Source of the DNA: an uncultured Acidobacteriota bacterium
GTDB taxonomy: Bacteria; Acidobacteriota; UBA6911
Assembly (NCBI GenBank): GCA_963809485.1
Contig: CAWEJX010000008.1
Location: forward strand, 544,001 to 608,000
Length of the DNA stretch: 64,000 nucleotides
Direction of reading: 5' to 3'
Position 1 is the stretch's first letter. Each line of letters begins with the position of its first letter. The position numbers and the translations under genes are program-made. Positions 41,428 to 52,170 of the stretch are shown piece after piece. The notes beneath the pieces were generated by a model, which had not been told where the DNA came from, searched no databases, and saw only the letters and a program-made list of their open reading frames with translations.

Positions 41428-41439
41428 TGCGCTACCGCC
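41428..41439 (-). promoter_or_regulatory. ops-like element in EPS operon leader
   Basis: GGCGGTAGCGCA on the sense strand, 26 nt before ATG 41401; RfaH ops consensus GGCGGTAGCGTG. Confidence 0.4.
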
Positions 41440-41692
41440 AATTCAGTCACAGATCCCTGTTTTGGGAAGGAATGCTGTCTGACATCTGAATTGCATAAAT
41501 CCAGTGCTGATTTTTAACAACTTCTGAGCATTACTTATGTAATACAATGCTGTTTTTAACAATGGCTCGACGGTATGGGATGGATTAGCCCTAAGGTGCT
41601 ATATGAATATCACTAATTGCTCAATGAGTAGTATTCGCGCCGTTTTAGGATTAGAATATGCCCAAAATGCCACCGAACGGCTATAAAAACCG

Positions 41693-43453
41693 ATGCTGCG
41701 AGCAATTCTAGCCAGGGGATTGTTCTATTGGCTGCGCGCCCCCAGGAATTATGCCGATTTAAGGCATGACGAATGGGCGCTCGCAAGAGCCAGAATTGTG
41801 CTCAGCGCAGCCTGCCTGGGCGCCGTATTGTGGGTGGCAAAAACCCGCAATCTCGAGCTCAACTGGAAACTGCCACTAGCATACCTCATATATAGCCTGC
41901 TTGTTCTGCTTGCGCTCCGTTTCTATCCTCGATGGAATCCTAAGTATCACATTGCGGTTCACTGCGCAGATATATTCTGGGCAGCTCAATTGACGATCCT
42001 GACCGGATGGCCTTCCATATTTTTCGCCCTTATGATTTTTGTGATGGCCAGCAGCGGTGCCCGCTGGGGTTTATGGGAAGCTTTGCTGACTGCATTTTTG
42101 CTATGGTCTGCAGTGTTTTTGATGCAATTCATATACGATCCGGTTGTCTCGAATTTCATCGAGTTAATAGCCAACCTTGAATTCTTCCCCGCAGGATTTC
42201 TCAGTCTGGCGCTGGTTCTCGCATATGGCTTTTTGGGCGAGACCAGGGCTGCCCGATCCGAAAGCAACTCTATTGCACGAATTATCCAGGGAATTCGCCT
42301 CGAAAGTGGATTTGAAAAAGCATTTCATAAAATATCTTTGGATAGCATACCGCTCTTCGGCGCTGTCCAAATTCTGGCTGCATTCGACGACAGTAACTCC
42401 GGCGAATGCGTGATATATAAGGCCATTGGCCCTCAGGCATTTGTCGAATCCGAAAGTATACCCGCCTCACGGCATGAGCAATACTTTTTCCACGCCCCCG
42501 CTCCCATCTGGAGCATGGGGCTTTCCCGCATGGCCCAGCGACCGCATTTCCGATGTCTCAAATTGGAGGCCGGCAAAGTAACCAGGGATAAATCCGGCTT
42601 TAGAGTGCCTGACACCTTTGTAGCAGCCCATCCCTTCCGAGCGCTGTTGGTGGTTTCCGCCTCTTTGAAGGATGGACGGTCGGCTCGCATTTTTATTGTG
42701 GATCCATTGACGTATTTCGGCAGCGCAGCCGCTCTCCGATTTCTGGAAGGCGCTGTTCGACAATTGGCGCCGACTATTGGCGATTTGTTTGCATTGGATC
42801 GAATAAGAACCAGGGCTGAAATTGAGGCCGTCGGCCGGATGGCCCGCGAAATCCACGATGGGGCGATTCAGTCGCTCGCTGCAATCAATTTGCAGCTGCA
42901 AATGCTGCGTCAGCAGATAGCATCCGTCAATTCGGAGGAGGCTGAATCCCTTGCTGTCATCCAGGAAAATATCCGGGCAGAGATTGCATCCCTTCGGGAG
43001 TTAACCCAGCAGATGCGATCGCTGGAAATTAATGCCGGCCAATTGCCAGGCTTTTTAGCCAACCTGGCTGCCAAATTCCAATTCGAGCATGGAATTGTCA
43101 CAAAGTTTGTGGCGGAAGTGGATGAAATCCGGCTGAGGCCGGAAGTCTGCACCGAATTGGCGCGAATTGCACAGGAAGCGCTGGTCAACATAAGGAAGCA
43201 CTCAAAGGCTAGTGAAGTCTATCTGCGGCTCAGCCGTGTTAACGGGAATTACGTGCTCGGCATCTTCGACAACGGGACTGGATTCGGATTTTCCGGAAGA
43301 TACTCGCATAAGGACCTGCAGATTTCGGGCAAAGGGCCGGCCGTCATCATGGAACGCGCACAAAGGATCCGTGCCGAGGTTACCATCGAATCGGTTCAGG
43401 GCATCGGTTCATCCCTTGAAGTAACCCTTCCCGATGGATCCTCAGAGGGCTGA
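41693..43453 (+). CDS. Membrane sensor histidine kinase (HisKA_3/NarX-type)
   Basis: N-terminal TMs, RMAREIHDGAIQSL, RIAQEALVNIRKHS, DNGTGF, MERA. Confidence 0.92.
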   Translation: MLRAILARGLFYWLRAPRNYADLRHDEWALARARIVLSAACLGAVLWVAKTRNLELNWKLPLAYLIYSLLVLLALRFYPRWNPKYHIAVHCADIFWAAQLTILTGWPSIFFALMIFVMASSGARWGLWEALLTAFLLWSAVFLMQFIYDPVVSNFIELIANLEFFPAGFLSLALVLAYGFLGETRAARSESNSIARIIQGIRLESGFEKAFHKISLDSIPLFGAVQILAAFDDSNSGECVIYKAIGPQAFVESESIPASRHEQYFFHAPAPIWSMGLSRMAQRPHFRCLKLEAGKVTRDKSGFRVPDTFVAAHPFRALLVVSASLKDGRSARIFIVDPLTYFGSAAALRFLEGAVRQLAPTIGDLFALDRIRTRAEIEAVGRMAREIHDGAIQSLAAINLQLQMLRQQIASVNSEEAESLAVIQENIRAEIASLRELTQQMRSLEINAGQLPGFLANLAAKFQFEHGIVTKFVAEVDEIRLRPEVCTELARIAQEALVNIRKHSKASEVYLRLSRVNGNYVLGIFDNGTGFGFSGRYSHKDLQISGKGPAVIMERAQRIRAEVTIESVQGIGSSLEVTLPDGSSEG

Positions 43454-43469
43454 GGTCCCGGCCATGCTC

Positions 43470-43665
43470 TGCTCATGGGTGGCAAAATACACAGTCGCGA
43501 CCTTCTCCAAATTAAGGCAGTCGATGACGTGTTCGCGGAGATTCCGCCACCAACGCTCAATCTTGTCTCTCGTCGGCCCGTCGCCGGGACGGCTGTGCAC
43601 AATGTGGATGTCGAGTTTGGCAAATAGGACCCGCAGATCATGGCTGCTGAAACTTTTATGATTAT
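43470..43665 (-). pseudogene. DDE integrase-core (IS481/Mu-like) transposase fragment
   Basis: SFSSHDLRVLFAKLDIHIVHSRPGDGPTRDKIERWWRNLREHVID. Confidence 0.7.
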
Positions 43666-43700
43666 CCAGCAGCAGCCTGCGTGGTTATCAGCAGGACCCG

Positions 43701-44900
43701 ATTATGTGAAGGAGAGCAGTCGGAACCCGCGATAACGCCGCAAAGTTTTTGGCTTTTCCTTCACATAATCTTGCCGGATTTACAGCGATTCGAGCCAAGC
43801 TAGCAACTCAGCATCCCGTTTCCATCGGGGAGGTTTTGCCGGGCGCATTGCTGTATCGAGTTGATCAAGGGCTTTGCGCTTTGTTTCCAGATTGGCCTGA
43901 GCATAGATATTTGTTGTGTCCAGGTGCGCATGCCCGAGCCAACTGCTGATCACTGTGATGTCAACGCCCGCAGCCAATAGGTGGACGGCAGCGGCATGGC
44001 GCAAATTATGCGTGGGCCGATACGGCCGGCAACGGGCTTGAGCCCAGCCCGGCGAAGCACCTTGACGAGAAGTACTGCTAAAGGCCCTTGTGAGTAACCG
44101 CGGCGTCCCCTTTCGTGCCAAAAGAGAGAAGCATCCGAATGGTCTGGGGCACCGGAACAGCTGCGAGCGTCGAGGTATTCACGCAAAACCGCTATGACAC
44201 TGGGTTGGAGTGGCAAGCGGCGGTATTTGAAGAACTTCGTCTCGCGGATGTCGATTGTTTCCTCTCGGAGATCGACATCGCCGACGGTCAAACGAACAAT
44301 CTCGCCAAATCTCAAGCCCACACAATAGGCAAGAACCACCACGGTGTAGAGGGTGAGAGGCCGTAATGGGGCATGTGGTGACGGAAAACGGCGGGCCGTG
44401 ACCATCACCCGTTTTAGAATGGCGCACTCGTATGCATTCGCCTCGCCAATCCAAGTCATCCAGGCTTAAAGCGACTAATTCCCCCGCGCGCAATCCGTAC
44501 GTGGACAAGACCATCAGAATCGCATAGTCGCGTCGGCCAAGAGGAGTGTGGTCCTTTTTAGCAGTTTCCAGGATCGCCGTCACCTCCCAGCTCTGAAAAG
44601 CTGACGGAATGCCCTCGAACGCATACAACGACGGGCTTTTGACAGCATGGGAGAGGTCATGTTTCATCAGCCCTTCTCTGTGGGGAAGGCACGGCACATT
44701 GGGATGGAGGAATCCGCCGGAGATCCTCCTTGCAGAAAGTGCCGTAAAGGCCTGGCTTTTTTGCGAATGTGGATCCGCTCGCACAGAGTGGCCCAAACTG
44801 CCTTAAAGCATGAGATTGCGGGGCGAATGGTAAGTCCTGCTTCGGCAAACAGACGTTCGATATGAATCCTTGCTCGGTATGGTCGACTGCGCTGTGACAC
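43701..44900 (-). mobile_element. Collapsed RIT (recombinases-in-trio) element: fragments of three tyrosine recombinases
   Basis: GRRDYAILMVLSTYGLRAGE; LAYCVGLRFGE..IRETKFFKYRRLPL; HNLRHAAAVHLLAAGVDITVISSWLGHAHLDTTNIYA; terminal IR ATTATGTGAAGGA/TCCTTCACATAAT (43701-43769). Confidence 0.85.
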
Positions 44901-45365
44901 CGAGTCGGAAGCCCAGCCACCGTCACAAGGTGGCGATATCGACAGCTGCCTGCCCATCGGCGGAGGTTTTACCATTCAGGGCTTCCAGAATCGCGGCCAA
45001 AAGGCATGCCGATCTCATTGGCCGATTCCTGCAAAATGCAGTGCCGGTACAAAGCCTCAATAATCACTTCGGCCGCATACCAGCGCCAGGGGTGAAGCCA
45101 ATCCGGAAGCAGACTCATCGTGTGTCCGCAACCCAGGCAGAGGAATCGCCGTACCCAAATGACAATCCAGCCGGTTTCTGCCAGGCCGCAAACCTGCCGG
45201 CTGTAAATTCCATGCCCGACAATCTGTAGCCCACCTACGGCATTCCAAGAGGCTTGCCCGCAGCAGACACAAAATCAGGAGCGCAGGGTTTCCAAAGAGG
45301 GGGATTCTATATCTCGTGCGCACAGTTGCTCGACACATTTTGCCAGGCTGTGTAGAATGACCAAT
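44900..45365 (-). pseudogene. DUF6431-like Zn-finger protein remnant (transposase partner)
   Basis: CVCCG..LQIVGHGIYSRQV..WVRRFLCLGCGHTMSLLPDWLHPWRWY. Confidence 0.6.
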
Positions 45366-45608
45366 GTTGTATGGGCGGCGGTAGTCGGCACGCAATCCGC
45401 TCAAGAAAGCTGCCGGCCACTGTTTGCCTCCTTTCCTACAGTCGATCATCCTAATCAATTGTTTTGGAAATCCAAAGTGCTTGCCGATTGATACAGCACG
45501 ATCAGGCAGGATTCTGCAGAGAAAATTGCGGGATTTCCCACGGGTCAGGAAGCCGCGCAACCATCCGATCCCCATGAACTAATTCGCTGCGCAACAGCGG
45601 AAGTAATG

Positions 45609-46345
45609 GTCGCGGTAGGAACCGCCCTTGCGAGCGGCCCCCCCGCACAGATTCGTACGGGCGCGGCTAGCGTATACGGCTCTTACCTTGGTTAAAGACG
45701 GCGAAGCACTGTTCAGGCCAAGGGTGAAGAATACAGGCGGGAGGCAGCCAAGCTTCTGCGAGTTCCTTCATACGATCCCATGTGAGACGGCTCTTCTGGC
45801 TGAGACGGCGCAGGGTCTTGTACCACAGCCGCGTGCATTGAATTCGGAAGGAACCCAGTGCGGCCCAGTTGCCCGTGATGGCATGGTAGGCAAAATACCC
45901 CCGGATCACCGAAATGAGCCAGTCACGCTGCTCGACAATGGGTTGATGCATCCGCTCGCGAAGTTCCGCTTTCACCGCATGCAGCTTTGCGGTTAGGCGC
46001 TTCTTCTGTGTAATGCGACCGACCATAAATTTTCCCTTGAGATTCACACCACAATCAATGTGTGAACCCAAGAAAGTTAAAGGTTTCGGGTTTGCTCCTT
46101 TCGTCGAAGCGATTACAATCCCGGCGCGCAAATCGGCCGAAACGGATCAATCGAGTCTTCTCGGGATGGAACTCCAGCGAAAACTTTTGCAGTCTGTCTC
46201 GCAGAGCCTCCTTGAATCGTGATGCCTCATCCTCGTATTGAAAGCCCATAACAAAATCATCGGCCCAGCGAACGATGGTCACATCGCCTCGTGCATGGCG
46301 TCGCCTCCACTGCTGCACCCAAAGGTCGCGCACATATCTTCCAAA
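45609..46345 (-). mobile_element. 5'-truncated group II intron: RT/maturase C-terminal half (broken) + domains V/VI
   Basis: IVRWADDFVMGF, HPEKTRLIRFG, FNFLGFTH, RGYFAYHA, ILHPWP; DV/DVI GAGCCGTATACGCTAG..GTACG..GGGCGGTTCCTACCGCGAC ending 45609. Confidence 0.9.
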
Positions 46346-46447
46346 GTGTCTCAAAAGGTCTGATATTCCTGCAGCGCAAGGCAGAAGCAAGGCTGCCCTT
46401 ATCTCTTTTGGAGGGCATGTTTAGTTCCGTGTTGGTTTGCAGTGTGT

Positions 46448-47074
46448 TCATCCAATCTTCCCGATACTGCCAGGATCCAGATCGATCATGTATTCGTTCA
46501 TCTCCCGTCCTCCGAGTATTGTATAGTGCTGCACCAGAGAGAATCCCAACTCCAGGTAGAACTGGTTAATGGTATCATTACCATCGCGGTCAGTGGTCAG
46601 ATTGACCCGTCGCACATTACTGGCAGCCACCTTGTGAAGGAAAGCTTTTACCAATTTTTTCCCAATACCCTTCCCCTGAGCTTGCGGGTGGACGGCGATA
46701 GACAACAGGGTGGCACATCCCGCATGCACGTCCTTTTCTGCGCCGCGTGAGAAGGCACGCAGCAAGCGCGGGATGCGTCCCGGCTGGCGCAAGGAGGGCA
46801 TGAGGGCCGCCCATGCGAAACGCCACCATCGATTTATCAACAGACGCCGGTAAAAGCCCTCAGGATCGGTGGTCCCGGCAATGGCCCCCATCACCCGATC
46901 ATTCGTCACATACACCAAGGCGATGCCGCTTTTATCCTGCAGGATCCCTTGATATAACTCGCATAGAAAACGATACCCCAAATAAGTCAGGAAAAAACCG
47001 GTGAAGGCTTCCAGGTGAATGGCGGACACCTGGCACACATCCGCATCAACCATGGGGCGCAGATCACCTTCCAT
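46448..47074 (-). CDS. GNAT N-acetyltransferase
   Basis: IHLEAFTGFFLTYLG, LLSIAVHPQAQGKGIGKKL, NQFYLELGF. Confidence 0.88.
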   Translation of the reverse strand: MEGDLRPMVDADVCQVSAIHLEAFTGFFLTYLGYRFLCELYQGILQDKSGIALVYVTNDRVMGAIAGTTDPEGFYRRLLINRWWRFAWAALMPSLRQPGRIPRLLRAFSRGAEKDVHAGCATLLSIAVHPQAQGKGIGKKLVKAFLHKVAASNVRRVNLTTDRDGNDTINQFYLELGFSLVQHYTILGGREMNEYMIDLDPGSIGKIG

Positions 47075-48311
47075 GGGCCACTCCGGTATGCTCAAGCAGT
47101 TGCATTATGCGCGGTAAATTCACTCGGCTGGTTTGCAGTTGGAGGGTATATTGCCTGCCTGCATTGCCACGCGACCTCAACTCCTCCCGGCTGAGGCTGG
47201 CAATACACCGCAGTTCGCGCAGCAAAGCCGCCGGATCATCCGGTGTGATGACCCAGCCGCAGCCTGAATCAGTGATGATCCGCGCCAGGTCCGAACCGGG
47301 TTGCGCCAAGGCAAGCACCGCGCGTCCCGATAGCATGTATGCCAGCAGCTTTGATGGCAGCGAGACCAGTGACTGCCTGCCGCGGGTGGGCAGCAGGAGC
47401 AGGTCCGCCGCCAGGAGCACCTGGCTGGTTTCTACATCCAGCCAGGGAGTGTGGAAACACACTCGGTTAGCGCAGGCTTCCGCCTGGCAACAAAGCGCTT
47501 CCAGACTGCTCCCGGACCCGGCGATCAACAGGCGCAAGGGTTCGCTGGAGGGGACATCCTTCCAGGCTTGCACCAGGGTCTCAACACCGGCAGCCATACC
47601 CACGTTCCCCGCATACACTGCCAGAAAATCTCCAGCATTGATCCCATGCTGCCGGCGGATGGCGGTACCATTGGCATTTACATCCACTTTCTGCTCATCG
47701 ATCCAGTTGGGGATGACATGAACATTCCAGGCCGGGATGCCGCGCTCTTCCACATACGCCCGGCGGAAGGAATCCGAGATCACCACCAAGGCGACAGCGC
47801 GGCGGGCATTGTGTCTGTCTATTGCACGTATCAATCGGAAGGGCCAGGATGCGCCCGCCTTTATTCGTCCCTGCGAGACGAGCGACTCAGGGTACAGGTC
47901 CTGGACGCTCAATACCAGCGGGATGCCGCGCAGGCGGCAGATCTCCGCCAGCATGCCCTGGGCGAAGAGTGGCCAGGTGTTGGCATAGATTACATCCGGT
48001 CTGTGGATGAAGAGCACTACCAGAGCGGAGAAGAAGCCGAAGGAGAGATTCTCGAGCAGTCGGGTGAGGAGGCTCGATTCACGTGACAGGATGTTGAAGC
48101 AGCGCAGCAGGGGAATGCCCTCCAGCACATCCCTGCGGTACAAGCCCCGGTGCGTGCTTAGATACAGCCTGCCCGCAGGACGGTTGGGGAAATTGGTTAT
48201 CACGCGCACTGCATGTCCCTGCGCCGCGCAAGCCCGGGCAATCTCTGCGCTGGTGGAGGCGGAGACGATCGGCTCCGGCGGGAAGACACAGGAGACGATG
48301 GTGATCTTCAT
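47064..48311 (-). CDS. Glycosyltransferase family 4 (WbuB-like)
   Basis: VFPPEP, FPNRPAG, VIPNWID, YAGNVG, PSKLLAYMLSGR. Confidence 0.9.
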   Translation of the reverse strand: MKITIVSCVFPPEPIVSASTSAEIARACAAQGHAVRVITNFPNRPAGRLYLSTHRGLYRRDVLEGIPLLRCFNILSRESSLLTRLLENLSFGFFSALVVLFIHRPDVIYANTWPLFAQGMLAEICRLRGIPLVLSVQDLYPESLVSQGRIKAGASWPFRLIRAIDRHNARRAVALVVISDSFRRAYVEERGIPAWNVHVIPNWIDEQKVDVNANGTAIRRQHGINAGDFLAVYAGNVGMAAGVETLVQAWKDVPSSEPLRLLIAGSGSSLEALCCQAEACANRVCFHTPWLDVETSQVLLAADLLLLPTRGRQSLVSLPSKLLAYMLSGRAVLALAQPGSDLARIITDSGCGWVITPDDPAALLRELRCIASLSREELRSRGNAGRQYTLQLQTSRVNLPRIMQLLEHTGVAHGR

Positions 48312-49423
48312 ACATGCACCAGGCTTGTATACAGGTCATAGAGCCTTTTGACCCGCAACTGGATATCAAATCGCTCATTGGCTGTGTTGCTCGCCCGGGC
48401 AGCCATCTCCCTGCGTAGGGCGGCGTTGTTGATCAGTGAGCTCAACGCCTTCGCCAGGCGCGGCGCATCACCCCAGGGCACCAGCAGTCCATTCTGCCCA
48501 TCATCCACAATGTCGGAGATGCCGCCCACGCGCGTGGCGATCAATGGGAGTCCCGATACCAGCGCCTCGATGACCGAGATCGGCATGCCTTCGGAGTGGG
48601 AGGGCAAGAGATAGATATCCGCATCATAAAGGCGCCGCAACTTGGCTTTAGCGAACTCAGGCGGATTGATGTACGCCTTGGCATCCAGACCATGGGCATG
48701 CACCTGTTCCACCAATCGCTGGCGGTCGCCGGGATGAATCTCCTCGCCCAGGATATTGACTCGATAAGGATGGCGAATGTCATTTTCGGCTATACGCAAC
48801 GCACCGGCGAGATCATAGCTGCCTTTTTCCTGACCATTATGACCCAGGTAAAGCAGCTTCATTTCCTCCCGCCCCGCAAAACGATCCAGGGGCATGGATA
48901 GGAACGGCGTCAGGTCAATACCGTCCGGGATATACACCACCCTGCCGGGCGGCAGCATCCCCTCTAGCGGCATCCATTCACGAGAGATGACGATCACTCG
49001 CTGACATTGGCGCAGGATGAACAGCACATAGCGCTGCCACCTGCCCGCCTCCACCAGCAACGCCCGGTAGCCGCAGTGTAGCATAATGACTACCTTGCGT
49101 CGCCACAGGCGGCTGAGCAGCACCATCAGGCTGTGCTTCATGAACGAGCCCGCATGCGCGCTGCCGATGTTCACCACGTCTGGCAGGTTCCGCAGGAGGG
49201 CCCACTTGAATTGCAGCATCATCGTCAGCGCCGAAATGATGTTTTCCAGGCTCCAGTACCCCGCCCGCGTGAAAGGGCGCCAAGCGGAGGTCTCCACGAA
49301 ACGCCGGTCCACCATCTCCCGCAGGCTGGAACGGGGCAGGTTCTCGGAATTCGTGGAGACGCCTCCCAAGGATTTCCCCGTATGGGCGGCGATCAACACT
49401 TTCAGCTTGCGCGTACGGGTCAT
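48308..49423 (-). CDS. Glycosyltransferase family 4
   Basis: EKGSYDL, LLPSHSEGMPISVIEALVSGLPLIATRVGGI; start set at MTRTRK (49423). Confidence 0.88.
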   Translation of the reverse strand: MTRTRKLKVLIAAHTGKSLGGVSTNSENLPRSSLREMVDRRFVETSAWRPFTRAGYWSLENIISALTMMLQFKWALLRNLPDVVNIGSAHAGSFMKHSLMVLLSRLWRRKVVIMLHCGYRALLVEAGRWQRYVLFILRQCQRVIVISREWMPLEGMLPPGRVVYIPDGIDLTPFLSMPLDRFAGREEMKLLYLGHNGQEKGSYDLAGALRIAENDIRHPYRVNILGEEIHPGDRQRLVEQVHAHGLDAKAYINPPEFAKAKLRRLYDADIYLLPSHSEGMPISVIEALVSGLPLIATRVGGISDIVDDGQNGLLVPWGDAPRLAKALSSLINNAALRREMAARASNTANERFDIQLRVKRLYDLYTSLVHV

Positions 49424-49449
49424 TGTCACATCATTGTCATAGTCCATAA

Positions 49450-49560
49450 GGAAGAAAAAAAAGTTGACCAACCGCCCGGCATGGGCGAGGAGATCAAATC
49501 GCTGTATTGCCTGTTCCCTGCCGCGCCTTCCAAAGGCGGCAGCCACCTGCGGATTATCCT
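49450..49560 (-). pseudogene. C-terminal remnant of another GT4
   Basis: DNPQVAAAFGRRGREQAIQRFDLLAHAGRLVNFF is a typical GT4 terminal helix with no upstream body. Confidence 0.55.
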
Positions 49561-50829
49561 TTACTAGGCGGATCTTTCCGGCAATGCTGGCAGTATCTGA
49601 TCAGCGACAGTTATTTTTTTCGAACCCATAAAAATGGCTGACGCTAGACAAGGATCACCAAAAGCAGCGATTAAGGCCTGCCTCCCGCAGTATAGCAAGA
49701 CTATTTCGACTAAACGACCCTCACCTGGAAGGTGAGGGGTTTGTAAAATGTCGGCTTGAAGCCGACTGAAGCACCAGCGGCCAAAGGCAACAATCATTTT
49801 GCGATTCCAAAATTGCTCAATCAGTAGTCTCGATAATCAAAAGCTTTGCTCGTCGACATTCGTCGACTTCGCAATCCTTTTCTTCGCCTGAAGGCGAGGG
49901 ATTTCAACCATCCCCGATGGGGACCACTAATAGGATACCCTTTAATCAAGCATCCGGTTGAAAAAAGGGGATCTCTGCAAAATTCCAGGTTTCTTGCATC
50001 GATCTGACCCATATGGTAGTAAAATTGCCGCCTGAGAATCAAGAATAGTTTATGTAAAACCACTGCTGTCCCAACGTTTGCGAGGGCGGAAGTCGGGCTA
50101 AGCTGATCGGTTAGCCGGAAGGGCGATCACTTCTTTGTTACGTTCACAACGACGTCGTCACTCGCCGAGAACTAGCCGTCGGAGGCCGTCAATCGACGAG
50201 TATAGATCCCGGTCTCTGAAAACTTTGCCGTAATAGAGAGAAGGCGCGCATTGCCAAAAGTGGCGCATCCCGGGCCACTGACCTTGCGACCGTTTCCCCG
50301 CCTTGAATTCGTACAGGCGGTGAAATAACACCGCTCCGACTACGCTTCCAAAGGATTTACGAGCTGGGGCCAGTTTGTCGCCATGCTCTTCCGTCAGTTT
50401 GGCCGGGCTCACAGCCTGCGGGAGATCTGCGGAGGACTGCCCAGTTCCGAGAGCAAGCCTAAGCACTTGGGCGTTCCCGTTTCCCCGAAACGCTCCACTC
50501 TCGCATATGCCAATGCCAACGGTCCCTGGTCGCTCTACCAGACCGTGTTTGAGCAACTCCTGGCAAAATGTCAGCTGAGTGTGGCAGGCCGCCGCACAGG
50601 AAAAAAGCTCCGGTTCAGGAACAAGCTTGTGAGTCTGGATTCCAGCGTCATCAATCTGTCCCTTTCCTTGTTCGACTGGGCTCAGTTCCGAAGGACCAAG
50701 GGCGCCGTCAAGCTCCACCTACTCCTGCTCCTGGACCATGATTGCTACCTGCCTTTGTTCGCCGTGGTTACCAACGGAAAGACCAGTGATATCAAGGCGG
50801 CTCGGAGGCTCGGATTTGAACGAGGCACA

Positions 50830-51711
50830 ACTAATGTAGCCTTCATGATGATCCTGAATCAAGACTGTCCAGTCTTCCTGTCGAGGCCTTTTCGAGCGTA
50901 CTGCCCGTTTACGGCCATCTTCGATGCGTATCGTTGTTTTGCTCTGGCCATAGGCATACACACCCGCGTACAGGGGATTTCTCAACAGGCTCAGAAGGCT
51001 ATGGTAGCGTGGTGGCTTCCACACGATCGGCAGCGGACTTCCGGCGCTGGCAATGACTGGCACTTTTATTTGCTGATTACAGAGCCAGAAATACAACTGT
51101 CGCACGCTGCCTAACTCGGTAAACTTTCGAAAGAGAATCTCAATCGAGGCACGGATGCGTTCATCGGGATCCTTCTCAACCCGGTCATCGGAGGTCCGTA
51201 CATAGCTGATGGGCACTCGTCGAAACAATTCGCCTCGCATGGCCTTTTGCGCGAGAGCAGCGTGCGCCCTCTGGCGGAAGGTTGCAAGTTCCATCTCGCT
51301 GATGGTGCCCTTCATTCCCAACAAAAGTCTGTCGTTGATTTCTGCGGGATCGTAGACGCCGTCGGCGTCGATCAACAGCGCGCCAACAACGCTGCAGAAC
51401 TCCAACAGCGTGTGCCAATCGCGGCCATTGCGCGCCAAACGTGAAGCTTCTATGCTAAATACCGCGCCGACCACTCCCTCGCAAAGAGCTCGTAGTAAAC
51501 GCTCGAAACCCGGACGGCGCGTGCCTGAGCCCGAGATTCCCAAGTCGTCGTCAATGACCGTGATGTCCTTCCAACCCAGTACCCGGGCATGCTCGGCCAA
51601 GGCATATTGACGGCGCTGGCTTTCCAGGTTGTTCTGAACTTGATCCGCTGTGGACTGGCGAATATATATGCAAGCCATACGGGACAGATGCTCAGCGCTG
51701 ATCTTTGTCAT
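50830..51711 (-). pseudogene. Large serine recombinase, C-terminally truncated
   Basis: MTKISAEHLSRMACIYIRQST..DDDLGISGSG..RPGFERL..EASRLARN..NPLYAG..HHEGYIS then junction to IS4 antisense. Confidence 0.88.
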
Positions 51712-51868
51712 TTTTCGCCTCCGCATCGATGGTTTTCGCCAGAGCCTGCATCCACTCTGTCAGCAGGAACATTACCGCGCGTTTTTCCTCCTCCTGGAGC
51801 GAGGGGAGAGGAATCCGGACGCACTCTTCGAATAACGTCCTTTGTTGTCTCGCTCGTCGCGTCATCAT
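51692..51868 (-). CDS. Small accessory ORF of serine-recombinase element
   Basis: GGAGG RBS; ..QQRTLFE..LLTEWM.. overlapping recombinase start. Confidence 0.5.
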   Translation of the reverse strand: MMTRRARQQRTLFEECVRIPLPSLQEEEKRAVMFLLTEWMQALAKTIDAEAKNDKDQR

Positions 51869-52170
51869 GGCCTCCTTCATTCGTACTGGAATGCATGGAG
51901 GATAATGCGTTCGTCGTCAAACGGCGAAGCTCAAGCAAGGCGACAATGGATAAATGCACTTCATCGACGATCTTGACATCAGCCAATGTAAGCTCAGTCA
52001 TCCAGGCCGGAAATGAGAGCGTTGTTCCGTCTGATTGCCGTACCACATAAGATGGTTCCTCATGAACCATGTGCAATCGGATGACTGGAAAACGCTCGCT
52101 GCGAAACGGGTGAAAATGGTATTGGATTGTGACTTCGTGAGAATCGTGTTTATGGGCAGTATGTCGTTCA
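51860..52170 (-). CDS. DUF5372/Y4bD-like accessory ORF lacking a canonical start
   Basis: EVTIQYHFHPFRSERFPV..YVVRQSDGTTLSFPAWMTE; same frame as ORF 51708-52076, open to 52175. Confidence 0.55.

Noticed and set aside
45609-46390. RT as retron, DGR or defence RT
   Set aside because: Maturase domain and DV/DVI identify a broken group II intron; no TR/VR pair or msr-msd seen.
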